64,000 nucleotides of DNA from Sulfurihydrogenibium sp. (GCA_037442825.1 JBBIPN010000001.1:2325-66324); one strand, 5' to 3'; shown: positions 28,005-38,188, counted from the stretch's first letter. The notes: generated by a model from the sequence alone, not told the origin. A program made the numbers and translations.

Positions 28005-28023
28005 TTGCACAAAATAAGTGCAA
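28005..28023. promoter_or_regulatory. Palindromic operator TTGCAC-N7-GTGCAA
   Basis: Perfect 6-bp inverted repeat between the divergent moaA and csp promoters. Confidence 0.55.
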
Positions 28024-28030
28024 AACAAGA

Positions 28031-28059
28031 TTGACTTTTTACAGGATATAATACATACT
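28031..28059 (+). promoter_or_regulatory. sigma70-type promoter of the csp pair
   Basis: TTGACT-N17-CATACT, which predicts a 5' UTR of about 145 nt. Confidence 0.55.
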
Positions 28060-28210
28060 ATTTGAAATAAAAATAGAAGATGTTTAAAGAGGTACTAGAG
28101 GGTAGAGGTAATATATCAAGTAAACTCTCAAATTCCCAAAAATTCTAAGTGTTTCTTTAAACCTCTTCTGTTAGAGGTAATTTAATTAATTTTTTGGAGG
28201 TATTTTAGTC

Positions 28211-28417
28211 GTGCGTATCACAGGTACAGTTAAGTGGTTCAACTCAAAGAAGGGTTTTGGCTTCATCACAAGGGATGATGGTCAAGGAGATGTTTTCGTT
28301 CACTTTTCAGCTATTCAATCAAGAGGTTTCAAAACTCTTGAAGAAGGTCAGAAAGTAGAGTTCGAAATAGCTCAGGACGAAAAGGGTCCAAAAGCTGCAA
28401 ACGTCGTTAGAGTTTAA
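28211..28417 (+). CDS. Cold-shock protein (CSD)
   Basis: [15 protein letters not shown] and DVFVHFSAI (RNP1/RNP2); GTG start after GGAGGT. Confidence 0.97.
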   Translation: MRITGTVKWFNSKKGFGFITRDDGQGDVFVHFSAIQSRGFKTLEEGQKVEFEIAQDEKGPKAANVVRV

Positions 28418-28430
28418 GGAGGCAATAGAA

Positions 28431-28637
28431 ATGGCAGTAACAGGAACAGTTAAATGGTTTGATTCTAAAAAAGGTTTTGGTTTTATTACAAGAGATGATA
28501 ATGGGCAAGATATATTTGTTCACTTCTCAGCAATAGAAGGAAAAGGATTTAAAAACTTAGAAGAAGGACAAAAAGTTCAATTTGAAATAGTCCAAGACGA
28601 AAAAGGTCCAAGAGCTGATAAAGTAGTAAAACTTTAA
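28431..28637 (+). CDS. Cold-shock protein (CSD), tandem paralogue
   Basis: [15 protein letters not shown] and DIFVHFSAI. Confidence 0.97.
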   Translation: MAVTGTVKWFDSKKGFGFITRDDNGQDIFVHFSAIEGKGFKNLEEGQKVQFEIVQDEKGPRADKVVKL

Positions 28638-28645
28638 TCTAATAT

Positions 28646-28670
28646 ATGTGAGGGGTTTTTGCCCTCACAT
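28646..28670 (+). terminator. Terminator after the csp pair
   Basis: ATGTGAGGG-gtttttg-CCCTCACAT, 9-bp stem. Confidence 0.75.
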
Positions 28671-28687
28671 CTTTAATTAAAAAATTA

Positions 28688-28985
28688 ATGCTAAAAAATA
28701 TATAAAACATATATATTACCACTTCAGCAAAAGTATAAAATATTAGCAAAAAAGCTTTCAATACAATCAGGTAGAACCTATTCTAAATTATATGTCTTGC
28801 AGGTTTAGATTGACTATATTGCTACACTTAAGAAAATAAGATAAGGTTTGCTTTAAGAAATCAGCAATAAAATTAAAAGATAATAAACTAATCTTATTTA
28901 ATAAGAAAAATAGAAATAAACGTAAAAGGTAAGTGTTATATCCATATTGCTATAAGTGGAAAAAAGATTTTCGAATCTTTAAACC
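28688..28985 (+). mobile_element. Probable IS200/IS605 TnpB remnant
   Basis: Broken frames ILAKKLSIQSGRTYSKL, FKKSAIKLKDNKLILFN and KCYIHIAI resemble the TnpB N-terminal region. Confidence 0.45.
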
Positions 28986-29132
28986 TTTTTATTAAAATCT
29001 CTAATTACAATTTTCTACAAAGATAGAGTTATTATCATCCCTTTCACAATGTCCTAGAAAAGATAGTTTTTTATTTTTGAAAACATATAAGTTATAATAT
29101 TACTAAAAAACTTTATTTATCTTGGAGGTTTT

Positions 29133-30335
29133 ATGTTATCTGCAGAAGAACAGCTTAAATTAATTAAAAAAGGGACTATTGAGATAATATCTGAAGAAGA
29201 ACTTTTAAAAAAGTTAAAAGAAAATAGACCTTTAATAGTTAAAGCAGGTTTTGACCCTACAGCACCAGACTTACATTTAGGACATACTGTTTTATTACAA
29301 AAATTAAGAACATTCCAACAACTTGGCCATACTATATTCTTTATTATTGGTGATTTTACAGCTATGATCGGGGACCCCTCTGGAAGAGATAAAACAAGAC
29401 CGCCTCTCTCAAAAGAACAAGTATTGGAAAATGCTAAAACTTATAAAGAACAAGTTTTTAAAGTTTTAGATCCAGAAAAAACTGTTGTTATTTTCAATAG
29501 TGAGTGGCTTGGAAAACTTTCTGCAGAAGATATTGTAAAGTTAACAGCAAAATATACAGTTGCAAGAATGCTTGAAAGAGAGGATTTTAAAAATAGGTTT
29601 AAAGAAAATGTTCCAATATCTATACATGAATTTTTATATCCTTTGTTCCAAGCTTATGACTCTGTAGCTATTAAAGCAGATGTTGAACTTGGCGGTTCAG
29701 ATCAAAGATTTAATTTACTTATAGGTAGAGACATTCAAAAAGAGTATGAAATAGAGAAACCACAAGTTGCAATACTATTACCTCTTTTAGTTGGAACTGA
29801 TGGTGTTAAAAAAATGAGTAAGTCTTATGGAAACTACATCGGAATAACAGAACAACCTGAAGATATGTTTGGAAAGATAATGTCTATCTCTGATGAACTT
29901 ATGTGGCAATACTGGGAATTACTTACAGATTTAACAGTAGAAAAGATTGAGCAACTAAAAGAAGATGTAGCAAAAGGAATAGTTCATCCTATGGAAGTTA
30001 AAAAACAGCTTGGTATGTATATAGTTGAAAGATTTCATAACAAAGAAGCTGCAATAAAATCAAAAGAGCACTTTGAAAAAGTTCATTCAAAAAGAGAAAT
30101 ACCAGATGATATTCCAACATTATCCTTAGACATAAAAGAGTTAGAACTCTTTGAATTACTTTTTACAACAAATTTAGTAGAGTCAAAGGCAGAAGCAAAA
30201 AGATTAATTAAACAAGGTGGAGTGAAAATTAACGGTGAAAAAATTACAGATCCACTACTAAAGGTTAATCTATCAAAAGAGATAGTTATTCAAGCAGGAA
30301 AAAGAAAGTTTTTAAAAGTTATTCCAAAGTTATAA
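29133..30335 (+). CDS. tyrS: Tyrosine--tRNA ligase
   Basis: [13 protein letters not shown] (HIGH), ELGGSDQ, KMSKS and a C-terminal S4 domain. Confidence 0.98.
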   Translation: MLSAEEQLKLIKKGTIEIISEEELLKKLKENRPLIVKAGFDPTAPDLHLGHTVLLQKLRTFQQLGHTIFFIIGDFTAMIGDPSGRDKTRPPLSKEQVLENAKTYKEQVFKVLDPEKTVVIFNSEWLGKLSAEDIVKLTAKYTVARMLEREDFKNRFKENVPISIHEFLYPLFQAYDSVAIKADVELGGSDQRFNLLIGRDIQKEYEIEKPQVAILLPLLVGTDGVKKMSKSYGNYIGITEQPEDMFGKIMSISDELMWQYWELLTDLTVEKIEQLKEDVAKGIVHPMEVKKQLGMYIVERFHNKEAAIKSKEHFEKVHSKREIPDDIPTLSLDIKELELFELLFTTNLVESKAEAKRLIKQGGVKINGEKITDPLLKVNLSKEIVIQAGKRKFLKVIPKL

Positions 30336-30666
30336 TATTTTCTATATGTTCAACCTGATTGCTATTGATGGCAATCAGGTCAAATCTAAAATCATAATCA
30401 AACAAAACGTTTCTAGCAATAAAATGTCTAGCAGTTTCTAAAATTTTTTTAGCTTTTGGTAATGTTATGCTTTCTTCAGACAGTCCAAAATTATCTGATG
30501 TTTTTCCTCTAACTTCAACAAAAACTATCAAATTGTCTTTTTTAGCGATTATATCTATTTCACCTTGTCTTGTTCTATAATTTCTATATAAAATCTCAAA
30601 ACCTTTTTCTTTTAAATATTTTTCAGCTATATCTTCAAAGATCCTTCCTTTCTCTCTTTTATTCAA
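30319..30666 (-). CDS. YraN family protein
   Basis: [28 protein letters not shown] and RFDLIA motifs. Confidence 0.93.
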   Translation of the reverse strand: MNKREKGRIFEDIAEKYLKEKGFEILYRNYRTRQGEIDIIAKKDNLIVFVEVRGKTSDNFGLSEESITLPKAKKILETARHFIARNVLFDYDFRFDLIAINSNQVEHIENIITLE

Positions 30667-31510
30667 GATACTGTATAACTGCCTGCTCTCTTAACTTTTT
30701 AAGGTATAACTCATACTCTTGTTTAAATTTCTGTAAATCTTTATCACTTAACTGTTCTTTTGGTATAAGTTTTTTATCTTCTTTTTCTATAAAAACAAAG
30801 TATATACCTTCTTTTGTATCTACCTTAAATATATCTCCTACTTTATGGGAAAAAATCTCTTTTTCAAGGTCTTCTACTAAATCTCCTTTTCTAACTTCAC
30901 CTAACAAACCTTTGTTTTCAGCTGTGTATTTATCATCAGAGTATTTAGAAGCATAGGTAGGAAAGTTTTCTTTATTTAGCTCTTTTTCTAATTTTGATAC
31001 TACATCTTTATAATCTTCTCTACCTTTTGATATAAAGATAACCCTAACCTGTTTTACATCTTCTATTGTTCCTTCTATAATACCTTGAGTTATTTTATTT
31101 CTTAGATAAAAATGAAGAAACTTGTTTCCTATTAAATCTATTTCTATAAATCCTCTCAACTTTTTATAAGAAATGCCACTTTCTTCAAGTCTCTTTTTAA
31201 ATGTTTCAATATCGTTAACACCATTAGCTTTTGCTATATTTAAAAATGCATTATCTATTTCCGTTGATGTCACAGAGATACCCATCTTTTTTGCATGTTG
31301 AGACATAAGTATAGAATCTATAAGTTTTTCTTTTACTTCTTTATCATCTTTTAAGTTATACCAATTTTTTGCAAAATCTAAATCTGATTTTAAAATAGGT
31401 TGTCCATTTACTACCATAACTACTTTATCAAAAAGATCTTCCTTCTCTTCTGCAAAAATAGAAAAACTTAAAATAAGGATAATTAAAAATGCTTTAAAAA
31501 CTTTAACCAT
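30659..31510 (-). CDS. SurA-like periplasmic chaperone / parvulin PPIase
   Basis: DKVVMVVNGQPILKSD SurA N-terminus; ASKYSDD, GLLGEV PPIase region; LKKLREQAVI. Confidence 0.85.
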   Translation of the reverse strand: MVKVFKAFLIILILSFSIFAEEKEDLFDKVVMVVNGQPILKSDLDFAKNWYNLKDDKEVKEKLIDSILMSQHAKKMGISVTSTEIDNAFLNIAKANGVNDIETFKKRLEESGISYKKLRGFIEIDLIGNKFLHFYLRNKITQGIIEGTIEDVKQVRVIFISKGREDYKDVVSKLEKELNKENFPTYASKYSDDKYTAENKGLLGEVRKGDLVEDLEKEIFSHKVGDIFKVDTKEGIYFVFIEKEDKKLIPKEQLSDKDLQKFKQEYELYLKKLREQAVIQYLE

Positions 31511-32951
31511 TTTTACCTCTCTTTTTCTTTCTTATCTCAGTATAGTTTTCTATAATTTTTTGCTGATTTCTTTCTATTGCAAGGGCTTTATCTGGTACTT
31601 CTTTTGTTATTACAGAACCAGAACCTGTTATAGCTTCCTCGCCAATAACAACTGGAGCCACCAACATAGTATCACTTCCTATAAATGCTTTATCTTTTAT
31701 AACCGTTTTATGTTTTTCAAATCCATCATAATTACAGGTAATTGTACCTGCTCCTATATTCACATCTTTTCCTATCTCTGCATCACCTAAGTATGTTAGA
31801 TGTTTTGCATTTGTTCTTTCTCCAATTACGCTATTTTTAACTTCTACAAAATTTCCAATAACTACATTCTCTTTTATACAGCTGCCGTTTCTAATCCTTG
31901 CAAAAGGTCCTATTATAGATCCATCTTCTATAACAGAATCTTCTATATAGCTGTTAGCTAAGATTTTTACATTGTTGCCTATCTTTGAGTTTTTTATTAC
32001 ACAGTTTGGTTCTATAACTGTTCTTTCCCCAATTTGAGTTTTTCCAGAAATGAAACAGTTTTGAAAGATTTCTACATCTTTTGAAAAATCTACATCAAAC
32101 TCTATCCATATACTTTCTGGATTGTGGAATGTGGTACCATTTAGCCCCCAAAATGTCATAAATCTTTGTTTTAAGATATTTTCAACACCAGCTAAAGCAA
32201 GCCTATCATTTACATTTAAAATTTCTGTATAATCTGGTATCTCTAAAGCATATAAATATTTTCCTTCTTCCCTTAAAATCTCTATAACGTCTGTTAGATA
32301 GTATTCTCCTTGGTTATTGTTGTTATTTACTTTTTTTAAAGCTTCACATAGATATGGTGCATAGAAAAAGTAAATACCAGAGTTTATCTCATTTATATTT
32401 TTTTCTTGTTGATTTGCATCTTTTTCTTCAACAATCTTTAATATTCTATGACTTTTATCTTTTATAATCCTTCCATATCCATATGGATTTGGAACTCTTG
32501 CTGTCATTACAACTCCAGCTATACTTTCATTTCTATATCCTCTATAGGTTTCAAGGTTTGCACCTTCATACCTAACTAAGGCTTTTAAAAATTCCCCTGC
32601 ATTATGTAATGTTTCCCCTCTTATTAATGGTATATCTCCATTTATAACTAAAACATAGCCATCAAAATCTTTGAAATGTTCTGAAGCTGTAACAACAGCA
32701 TGAGCAGTTCCAAGCTGTTCTTCTTGATAAACAAAAATACATTTATCACAGTTTATAGCATTTATAACCTCTTCTTTTTTATATCCAACTACAAAAACAG
32801 TTTTTTGAGGCTTAATCCAATTAACAGCATACTTTACATAAGAAATCATGGGTTTTCCTAAGATTGTATGTAAAACTTTTGGTTTTTCTGATTTAAATCT
32901 TGTTCCTTTCCCGGCTGCAAGTATAATAGCTACTAATGGAAAATCTATCAT
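31503..32951 (-). CDS. glmU: Bifunctional GlcNAc-1-P uridyltransferase/acetyltransferase
   Basis: LAAGKGTRF, QLGTAHA, GYGRI, EINSG, EYYLTD, HLTYLGDA and GTITCNYDG motifs. Confidence 0.98.
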   Translation of the reverse strand: MIDFPLVAIILAAGKGTRFKSEKPKVLHTILGKPMISYVKYAVNWIKPQKTVFVVGYKKEEVINAINCDKCIFVYQEEQLGTAHAVVTASEHFKDFDGYVLVINGDIPLIRGETLHNAGEFLKALVRYEGANLETYRGYRNESIAGVVMTARVPNPYGYGRIIKDKSHRILKIVEEKDANQQEKNINEINSGIYFFYAPYLCEALKKVNNNNNQGEYYLTDVIEILREEGKYLYALEIPDYTEILNVNDRLALAGVENILKQRFMTFWGLNGTTFHNPESIWIEFDVDFSKDVEIFQNCFISGKTQIGERTVIEPNCVIKNSKIGNNVKILANSYIEDSVIEDGSIIGPFARIRNGSCIKENVVIGNFVEVKNSVIGERTNAKHLTYLGDAEIGKDVNIGAGTITCNYDGFEKHKTVIKDKAFIGSDTMLVAPVVIGEEAITGSGSVITKEVPDKALAIERNQQKIIENYTEIRKKKRGKNG

Positions 32952-33587
32952 CTAAACCTCCTGCAAGTACTTTTCAATATTATCAATAACATAGAAGATA
33001 TTTTTAGATTTCAATTTATAACTAATTCTATTTACAATTAACTTTGCCGTAGATGGTCTTATAGTATCTATTACTACCAATCCATTTTCTCTTAGAGTTG
33101 TTCCAGTTTCTACTATATCAACTATAAAGTGTGATAAACCTACCAATGGTGCTAGTTCGACAGAACCATAAAGTTCAAAAATTTTAACATTAATACCTTT
33201 TTTTGAGAAAAATTCTTGGGTTATTTTAGGGTATTTTGTAGCTACAGCTAAAGAAGAAGGGTTTGAGAAATAAAAATCTCTATCTTCAGGCTTGCCGGCT
33301 ACTACAATATTACAATATCCTACTTTAAGGTCTACTGGTTTGTATACATCTGGAAGAGATTCTAATAAAACATCATCTCCAGCTACACCTATATCTGCTA
33401 TACCATTTTCTACATAAGTTGGGACGTCTTTTGACCTAACAACTAAAAACCTAAACTTTTCTGATTCCAAGATGAGTTTTCTTGTATTTTGGTTTATATA
33501 TTCCTTTAAAACACCTGATTTTTTTAGTATATCTATAGTTTGATCAAAAAGTCTCCCTTTTGGTAGTGCAAAGGTTATTTTATCCAT
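32952..33587 (-). CDS. hisG: ATP phosphoribosyltransferase (short form)
   Basis: ALPKGRL, DVPTYVE, VATKYP, GSVELAP and DIVETGTTLRENGL motifs. Confidence 0.97.
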   Translation of the reverse strand: MDKITFALPKGRLFDQTIDILKKSGVLKEYINQNTRKLILESEKFRFLVVRSKDVPTYVENGIADIGVAGDDVLLESLPDVYKPVDLKVGYCNIVVAGKPEDRDFYFSNPSSLAVATKYPKITQEFFSKKGINVKIFELYGSVELAPLVGLSHFIVDIVETGTTLRENGLVVIDTIRPSTAKLIVNRISYKLKSKNIFYVIDNIEKYLQEV

Positions 33588-33833
33588 CTACTTCCCGTTT
33601 GCAAAAGGTATACTTATCCAAAGTTCATCTCTATCATTCTCTGATTTGATTTCAACTTCAATATTGTTAGAATCAAACTGAGGATACTTAGAAAATACTA
33701 AAATAAGATCATCTTTAAGTAAATCTGCAAAGTTAGGAGGAAGTCCTTTTCTCTCATATGATAAAACCATCATCAATCTTTCTTTAGCTTTATTAGCTGA
33801 TGACTGTCCTTTAAAAAAACTAAAAATTGACAT
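33588..33833 (-). CDS. minE: Cell division topological specificity factor
   Basis: SANKAKERL motif; follows minD. Confidence 0.92.
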   Translation of the reverse strand: MSIFSFFKGQSSANKAKERLMMVLSYERKGLPPNFADLLKDDLILVFSKYPQFDSNNIEVEIKSENDRDELWISIPFANGK

Positions 33834-33842
33834 TACATCCTC

Positions 33843-34625
33843 CTATTTCCCAAAAAGTTTAGTAAAAAATCCTTTTTTCTCTTCAAGTTCTGTAAATGGA
33901 ATATTTTCACCTTCAAGTCTCTTTACAATATTCCTAATGGCTTTTGCAGCAGCAAAATTTTCACTTAGTACTATAGGTTCTCCTTTGTTTGTAAAGTCTA
34001 CTAATTTTTCTTCATCAGGTACTATACCTATTTTTGGAATTTGTAAGATCTCTTCTATATCTTCAACAGACAACATCTCCCCTTTTTTTACTTGATGAAG
34101 CTTTATTCTATTTATTACAAGTTTTATATCATTTTTTTCCATTGATTCTAAAAGTCCGATTATCCTATCTGCATCTCTCACTGAAGAAACTTCTGGATTT
34201 ACTACTACTATAGCCTCTGTTGCCGGTGCAGACGCCGTTTTAAAACCACTTTCTATACCAGCTGGAGAGTCTATAAGTATATAATCAAAGTTATCTTTTA
34301 CTTTTTCAACTATCTCAACCATCTGATCCGGTTTAACTGCATCCTTATCTTTTGTTTGAGCTGCTGGTAAAAGATAGAGAGACAATCCTCTCTTATCTTT
34401 AACAAAAGCTTTTTCAGGTGAAACTCTTCCCTCTACTACGTCAACAATATCGTAAACAATCCTATTTTCAAGACCTAAAATCATATCAAGGTTTCTAAGA
34501 CCTATATCTGCATCTATTGCTAAAACTTTTTTACCTATAAGGGCGATAGCTGTTCCTATATTTGCTGTCATGGTTGTTTTTCCTACACCACCTTTTCCTG
34601 AAGTTATAACAATAACTCTTGCCAT
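33843..34625 (-). CDS. minD: Septum site-determining ATPase
   Basis: SGKGGVGKTT, DADIGLRNLD and DSPAGIE motifs; C-terminal amphipathic helix. Confidence 0.98.
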   Translation of the reverse strand: MARVIVITSGKGGVGKTTMTANIGTAIALIGKKVLAIDADIGLRNLDMILGLENRIVYDIVDVVEGRVSPEKAFVKDKRGLSLYLLPAAQTKDKDAVKPDQMVEIVEKVKDNFDYILIDSPAGIESGFKTASAPATEAIVVVNPEVSSVRDADRIIGLLESMEKNDIKLVINRIKLHQVKKGEMLSVEDIEEILQIPKIGIVPDEEKLVDFTNKGEPIVLSENFAAAKAIRNIVKRLEGENIPFTELEEKKGFFTKLFGK

Positions 34626-34637
34626 ACTTTCACCTCA

Positions 34638-35228
34638 TTAAATTTTTTCTATAATTATAGAATCACCTTCTATAAAAGCAATCTCTGGATGGTTTACCTC
34701 TTCAATATTATCTGGAGCTCTAGCAATATAATGACCTATCCTTATCTGTTGAGGTCTAAGTTTTAATGCCATAATAACAGCTGTTTCATCTCCATTAGCT
34801 CCTGCATGAACAACACCTCTTAATGCACCCATAACAACTACACTTCCAGAAGCTATAATATAAGCATCTGGATTTACATCTCCAAGTATAACTACATCAC
34901 TATCATACTCTACTTTTTGTCCACTTCTTAATGTTTTATTTATAATCTTTAAAGATTTTTTTTGATTAAGAGTTATATTTTTCTGCTCTGATTTATTATT
35001 TTGATAACCAAGTATATTTGTATTGAAATTTTTTAGTAATATTTCTATCTCTTTTTTTTCTCTATCACTAACTTCAAGTCCATTATAATCAACAACAGCA
35101 TAAGAACCTTTAAAAAATGTAGAAGACATCTTTTCAGAAAGTTCTTTCAGATTATCCTTTAAACTTATATTTGGGTCTAATTTAATTAATAAAGCTGGAA
35201 CTGTCAAACCTTTTATCTCAACTCCCAT
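34638..35228 (-). CDS. minC: Septum site-determining protein
   Basis: TLRSGQ, GDVNPDA, GALRGVVHAGANG and QIRI motifs; likely start MGVEIKG at 35228. Confidence 0.95.
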   Translation of the reverse strand: MGVEIKGLTVPALLIKLDPNISLKDNLKELSEKMSSTFFKGSYAVVDYNGLEVSDREKKEIEILLKNFNTNILGYQNNKSEQKNITLNQKKSLKIINKTLRSGQKVEYDSDVVILGDVNPDAYIIASGSVVVMGALRGVVHAGANGDETAVIMALKLRPQQIRIGHYIARAPDNIEEVNHPEIAFIEGDSIIIEKI

Positions 35229-35306
35229 ACTTATCCTTCTTGAAAATTTAAAAAATTTATGATTATCTATTCTACTGCAAATTTTTACCGGAGGCAAAAT
35301 TTTTTA

Positions 35307-36560
35307 ATGTTTAAGGATTATTTCGGATATAAAGATAAAAAACTTTACTGTGAAGATGTAAGTATACAAAATTTAGCTTTAAAGGTAGGAACACCTTTCT
35401 TTATTTATAGTAAAAAAGCTATATTAGATAGTATAAAAAGTTATAAAGATGCATTTAAAGATTATGACACACTAATATGTTATGCATTAAAAGCAAATTC
35501 TAACTTATCTCTATTAAAGATATTTGAAGAAAATGGACTTGGTGCTGATATAGTTTCAGGCGGGGAACTTTACAAAGCTAAAAAAGCCGGGTTTTCTCCA
35601 AATAAGATAGTTTATGCAGGTGTAGGAAAAACAGATCCAGAGATAAACTATGCCCTCAGTGAGAATATCTTATCTTTCAATGTTGAAAGTTTTATGGAAC
35701 TTGAAGTTATAAATGAACTTGCAAAGAAGCAAAATAAAAAAGCTAACATCTCAATTAGAGTTAATCCAAACGTAGACCCAAAGACCCATCCATACATATC
35801 TACAGGCCTAAAGAAAAGCAAATTTGGAATAGATATTGAATATGCTTTAAATGCTTATAAAAAAGCAGTAAAGTTAGAAAATCTAAATATAGTAGGGATA
35901 CATTGTCATATTGGATCTCAAATTATGGATGTGTCTGTATTTGGAGAAGCTGCAGAAAAAGTTGTAGACCTTGTTTTCAAACTTAAAAAAGAAGGTATAG
36001 AACTTCAATTTATTGACTTAGGTGGTGGTCTTGGAGTAAAATATTTATCTGAGGATAATCCTCCAACACCTGAGGATTTAGCTAATATTATACTACCTAT
36101 AGTAAAGCAGACAGGTTTAAAGCTTATACTTGAACCAGGAAGATCACTTATAGCTCAAGCGGGAGCATTAATAACAAAAGTTATATTTTTAAAGAATAAA
36201 GGAGAAAAACATTTTGTTATTGTTGACTCAGGAATGAATGATTTATTAAGACCTGCTATTTATAATGCGTATCATCATATAATCACAGTAGACGAAAAGG
36301 AAGATGAGATTATAGCTGACATAGTTGGTCCTATATGTGAAACTGGCGATTTTTTTGCATTGGATAGGAAGATAGGAGCTGTAACAAGGGGAGAACTTTT
36401 AGCTATACTAACAGCAGGTGCATACGGTAGCAGTATGTCTTCTAATTACAATGTTAGACCAAAGGCATTAGAAGTATTGGTAGATGGTAGTAATTTTAAA
36501 ATTATAAAAGAGAGGGAAGATTATAAACATATATCAAAATACGAAGAGGAAGTGTTATGA
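35307..36560 (+). CDS. lysA: Diaminopimelate decarboxylase
   Basis: YALKAN, DIVSGGEL, HCHIGSQ, DLGGG, EPGR, VGPICETGD and GAYG motifs; ATG at 35307. Confidence 0.97.
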   Translation: MFKDYFGYKDKKLYCEDVSIQNLALKVGTPFFIYSKKAILDSIKSYKDAFKDYDTLICYALKANSNLSLLKIFEENGLGADIVSGGELYKAKKAGFSPNKIVYAGVGKTDPEINYALSENILSFNVESFMELEVINELAKKQNKKANISIRVNPNVDPKTHPYISTGLKKSKFGIDIEYALNAYKKAVKLENLNIVGIHCHIGSQIMDVSVFGEAAEKVVDLVFKLKKEGIELQFIDLGGGLGVKYLSEDNPPTPEDLANIILPIVKQTGLKLILEPGRSLIAQAGALITKVIFLKNKGEKHFVIVDSGMNDLLRPAIYNAYHHIITVDEKEDEIIADIVGPICETGDFFALDRKIGAVTRGELLAILTAGAYGSSMSSNYNVRPKALEVLVDGSNFKIIKEREDYKHISKYEEEVL

Positions 36561-37834
36561 AAGTACTTGTTGTTGGGAATGGTGGAAGAGAGCATGCCTT
36601 AGTATGGAAAGTAAAACAAAGTCCAGTGGTAAAAGAGGTTTACTGTGCAAGTGGTAACGCTGGAATAGCTAAGATAGCAAAAAAAGTAAACATATCACCA
36701 ACAGATATTTACAACTTAGTAAAATTTGCAAAAGAAAATAAGATAGATTTAACAATAGTAGGACCAGAACAACCTTTGTCAGAAGGTATAGCTGATAGAT
36801 TCAACAGTGAAGGACTTAAAATATTTGGTCACCAACAGTCTGCCGCAATACTTGAAGCAAGTAAAGTATTTGCAAAAAATCTTATGAAAAAATACAACAT
36901 CCCTACTGCGAGATTTGAAAGTTTTGATAACGAATCAGATGCTATATCTTTTATAAAAAACGTTGGTGCTCCAATAGTAATAAAAGCAGATGGACTTGCT
37001 GCCGGTAAAGGTGTAATAGTAGCTAAAACAGAAGAACAAGCTATTCAAGCAGTAAAAGATATGTTCTCTGGAAAGTTTGGTCCAACAAGTAAAAGAGTTG
37101 TTATTGAAGAGTTTTTAGAAGGGGAAGAAGCATCTTATATATGTTTTGTTAAAGAAGATAAACTTATACCTATACCAACATCTCAAGACCATAAAAGAGT
37201 TTTTGATAATGACGAAGGACCAAACACCGGTGGAATGGGTGCTTATTCACCATGTTCCTTAATAACGTCAGAGATGGAAAAAGAGATCCAAGAAAAAATA
37301 ATGTATCCAACTTTAAAAGCAATGATAAATGAAAATAGAAGTATGTGTGGATTCTTATATGCTGGTTTAATGATAGGACCTAAAGGTATAAACGTTTTAG
37401 AATTTAATGTAAGGATGGGTGATCCAGAAACTCAACCTATAATGAGAAGATTAAAATCTGATCTTGTAGAACATATACTGGAAATTTTAGAAGGCAAAAT
37501 AGAAAATGTAAAACCAACCTGGTCTGGAGATTATGCTCTTGGCATAGTTATGGCATCAAAAGGTTATCCAGATAGTTATGAAAAGGGTAAAGTTATAACA
37601 GGTATAGAAGAAGTTGAAAAAGATAACGACATAGTAGTATTCCATGCTGGAACGGAAGAAATAAATGGAAAATTGGTTACAAATGGTGGTAGAGTTTTAA
37701 CTGTCACTGCAACAGGGGAAACTATAGAAAAAGCAAGAGAAAAAGTTTATAATGCAGTTGAGAAGATAAAATTTGAAGGTGCACATTATAGAAAAGATAT
37801 TGGATTTAGAGAACTAAACAGAAAAAGACCTTAA
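36557..37834 (+). CDS. purD: Phosphoribosylamine--glycine ligase
   Basis: GGREHAL, KADGLAAGKGV, QDHKR, GPNTGGMG and EFNVRMGDPE motifs. Confidence 0.98.
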   Translation: MKVLVVGNGGREHALVWKVKQSPVVKEVYCASGNAGIAKIAKKVNISPTDIYNLVKFAKENKIDLTIVGPEQPLSEGIADRFNSEGLKIFGHQQSAAILEASKVFAKNLMKKYNIPTARFESFDNESDAISFIKNVGAPIVIKADGLAAGKGVIVAKTEEQAIQAVKDMFSGKFGPTSKRVVIEEFLEGEEASYICFVKEDKLIPIPTSQDHKRVFDNDEGPNTGGMGAYSPCSLITSEMEKEIQEKIMYPTLKAMINENRSMCGFLYAGLMIGPKGINVLEFNVRMGDPETQPIMRRLKSDLVEHILEILEGKIENVKPTWSGDYALGIVMASKGYPDSYEKGKVITGIEEVEKDNDIVVFHAGTEEINGKLVTNGGRVLTVTATGETIEKAREKVYNAVEKIKFEGAHYRKDIGFRELNRKRP

Positions 37835-37836
37835 GA

Positions 37837-37856
37837 AGGTGGCATAAAAGCCACCT
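37837..37856. terminator. Hairpin between convergent purD and the ferredoxin gene
   Basis: AGGTGGC-ataaaa-GCCACCT. Confidence 0.7.
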
Positions 37857-37861
37857 ATTTA

Positions 37862-38188
37862 TTAAAACATTCCTGGTGGTTTACCTTTAGAAACAATAAG
37901 TCTTTCTACTGGTTGACCTTCTATAATATGTTTTTGAACTATTTCTTCTACATCTGCAGGTGTTATATTCCCATACCAAATAGCATCAGGATATACAACG
38001 ACATTTGGTCCAAACATACAAGGTCCTAAACAGCCTGTTGGTGTCACTGCCATCTTGTTAAAAAGTCCTTTCATCATAAGAGCTTCTTGAAACTTAATAA
38101 ATATCTGGTCTGAACCTTTATCACCACATGATGGCATACCAGGTGGTTTTCTTTGCATACAAACAAAAACATGTTTAAAATCTGACAT
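37862..38188 (-). CDS. Thioredoxin-like [2Fe-2S] ferredoxin
   Basis: HVFVC...SC ... TGCLGPC..GPNVVVYPD..WY pattern. Confidence 0.93.
   Translation of the reverse strand: MSDFKHVFVCMQRKPPGMPSCGDKGSDQIFIKFQEALMMKGLFNKMAVTPTGCLGPCMFGPNVVVYPDAIWYGNITPADVEEIVQKHIIEGQPVERLIVSKGKPPGMF

Noticed and set aside
28990-29132. T-box leader before tyrS
   Set aside because: No T-box consensus or terminator/antiterminator is visible
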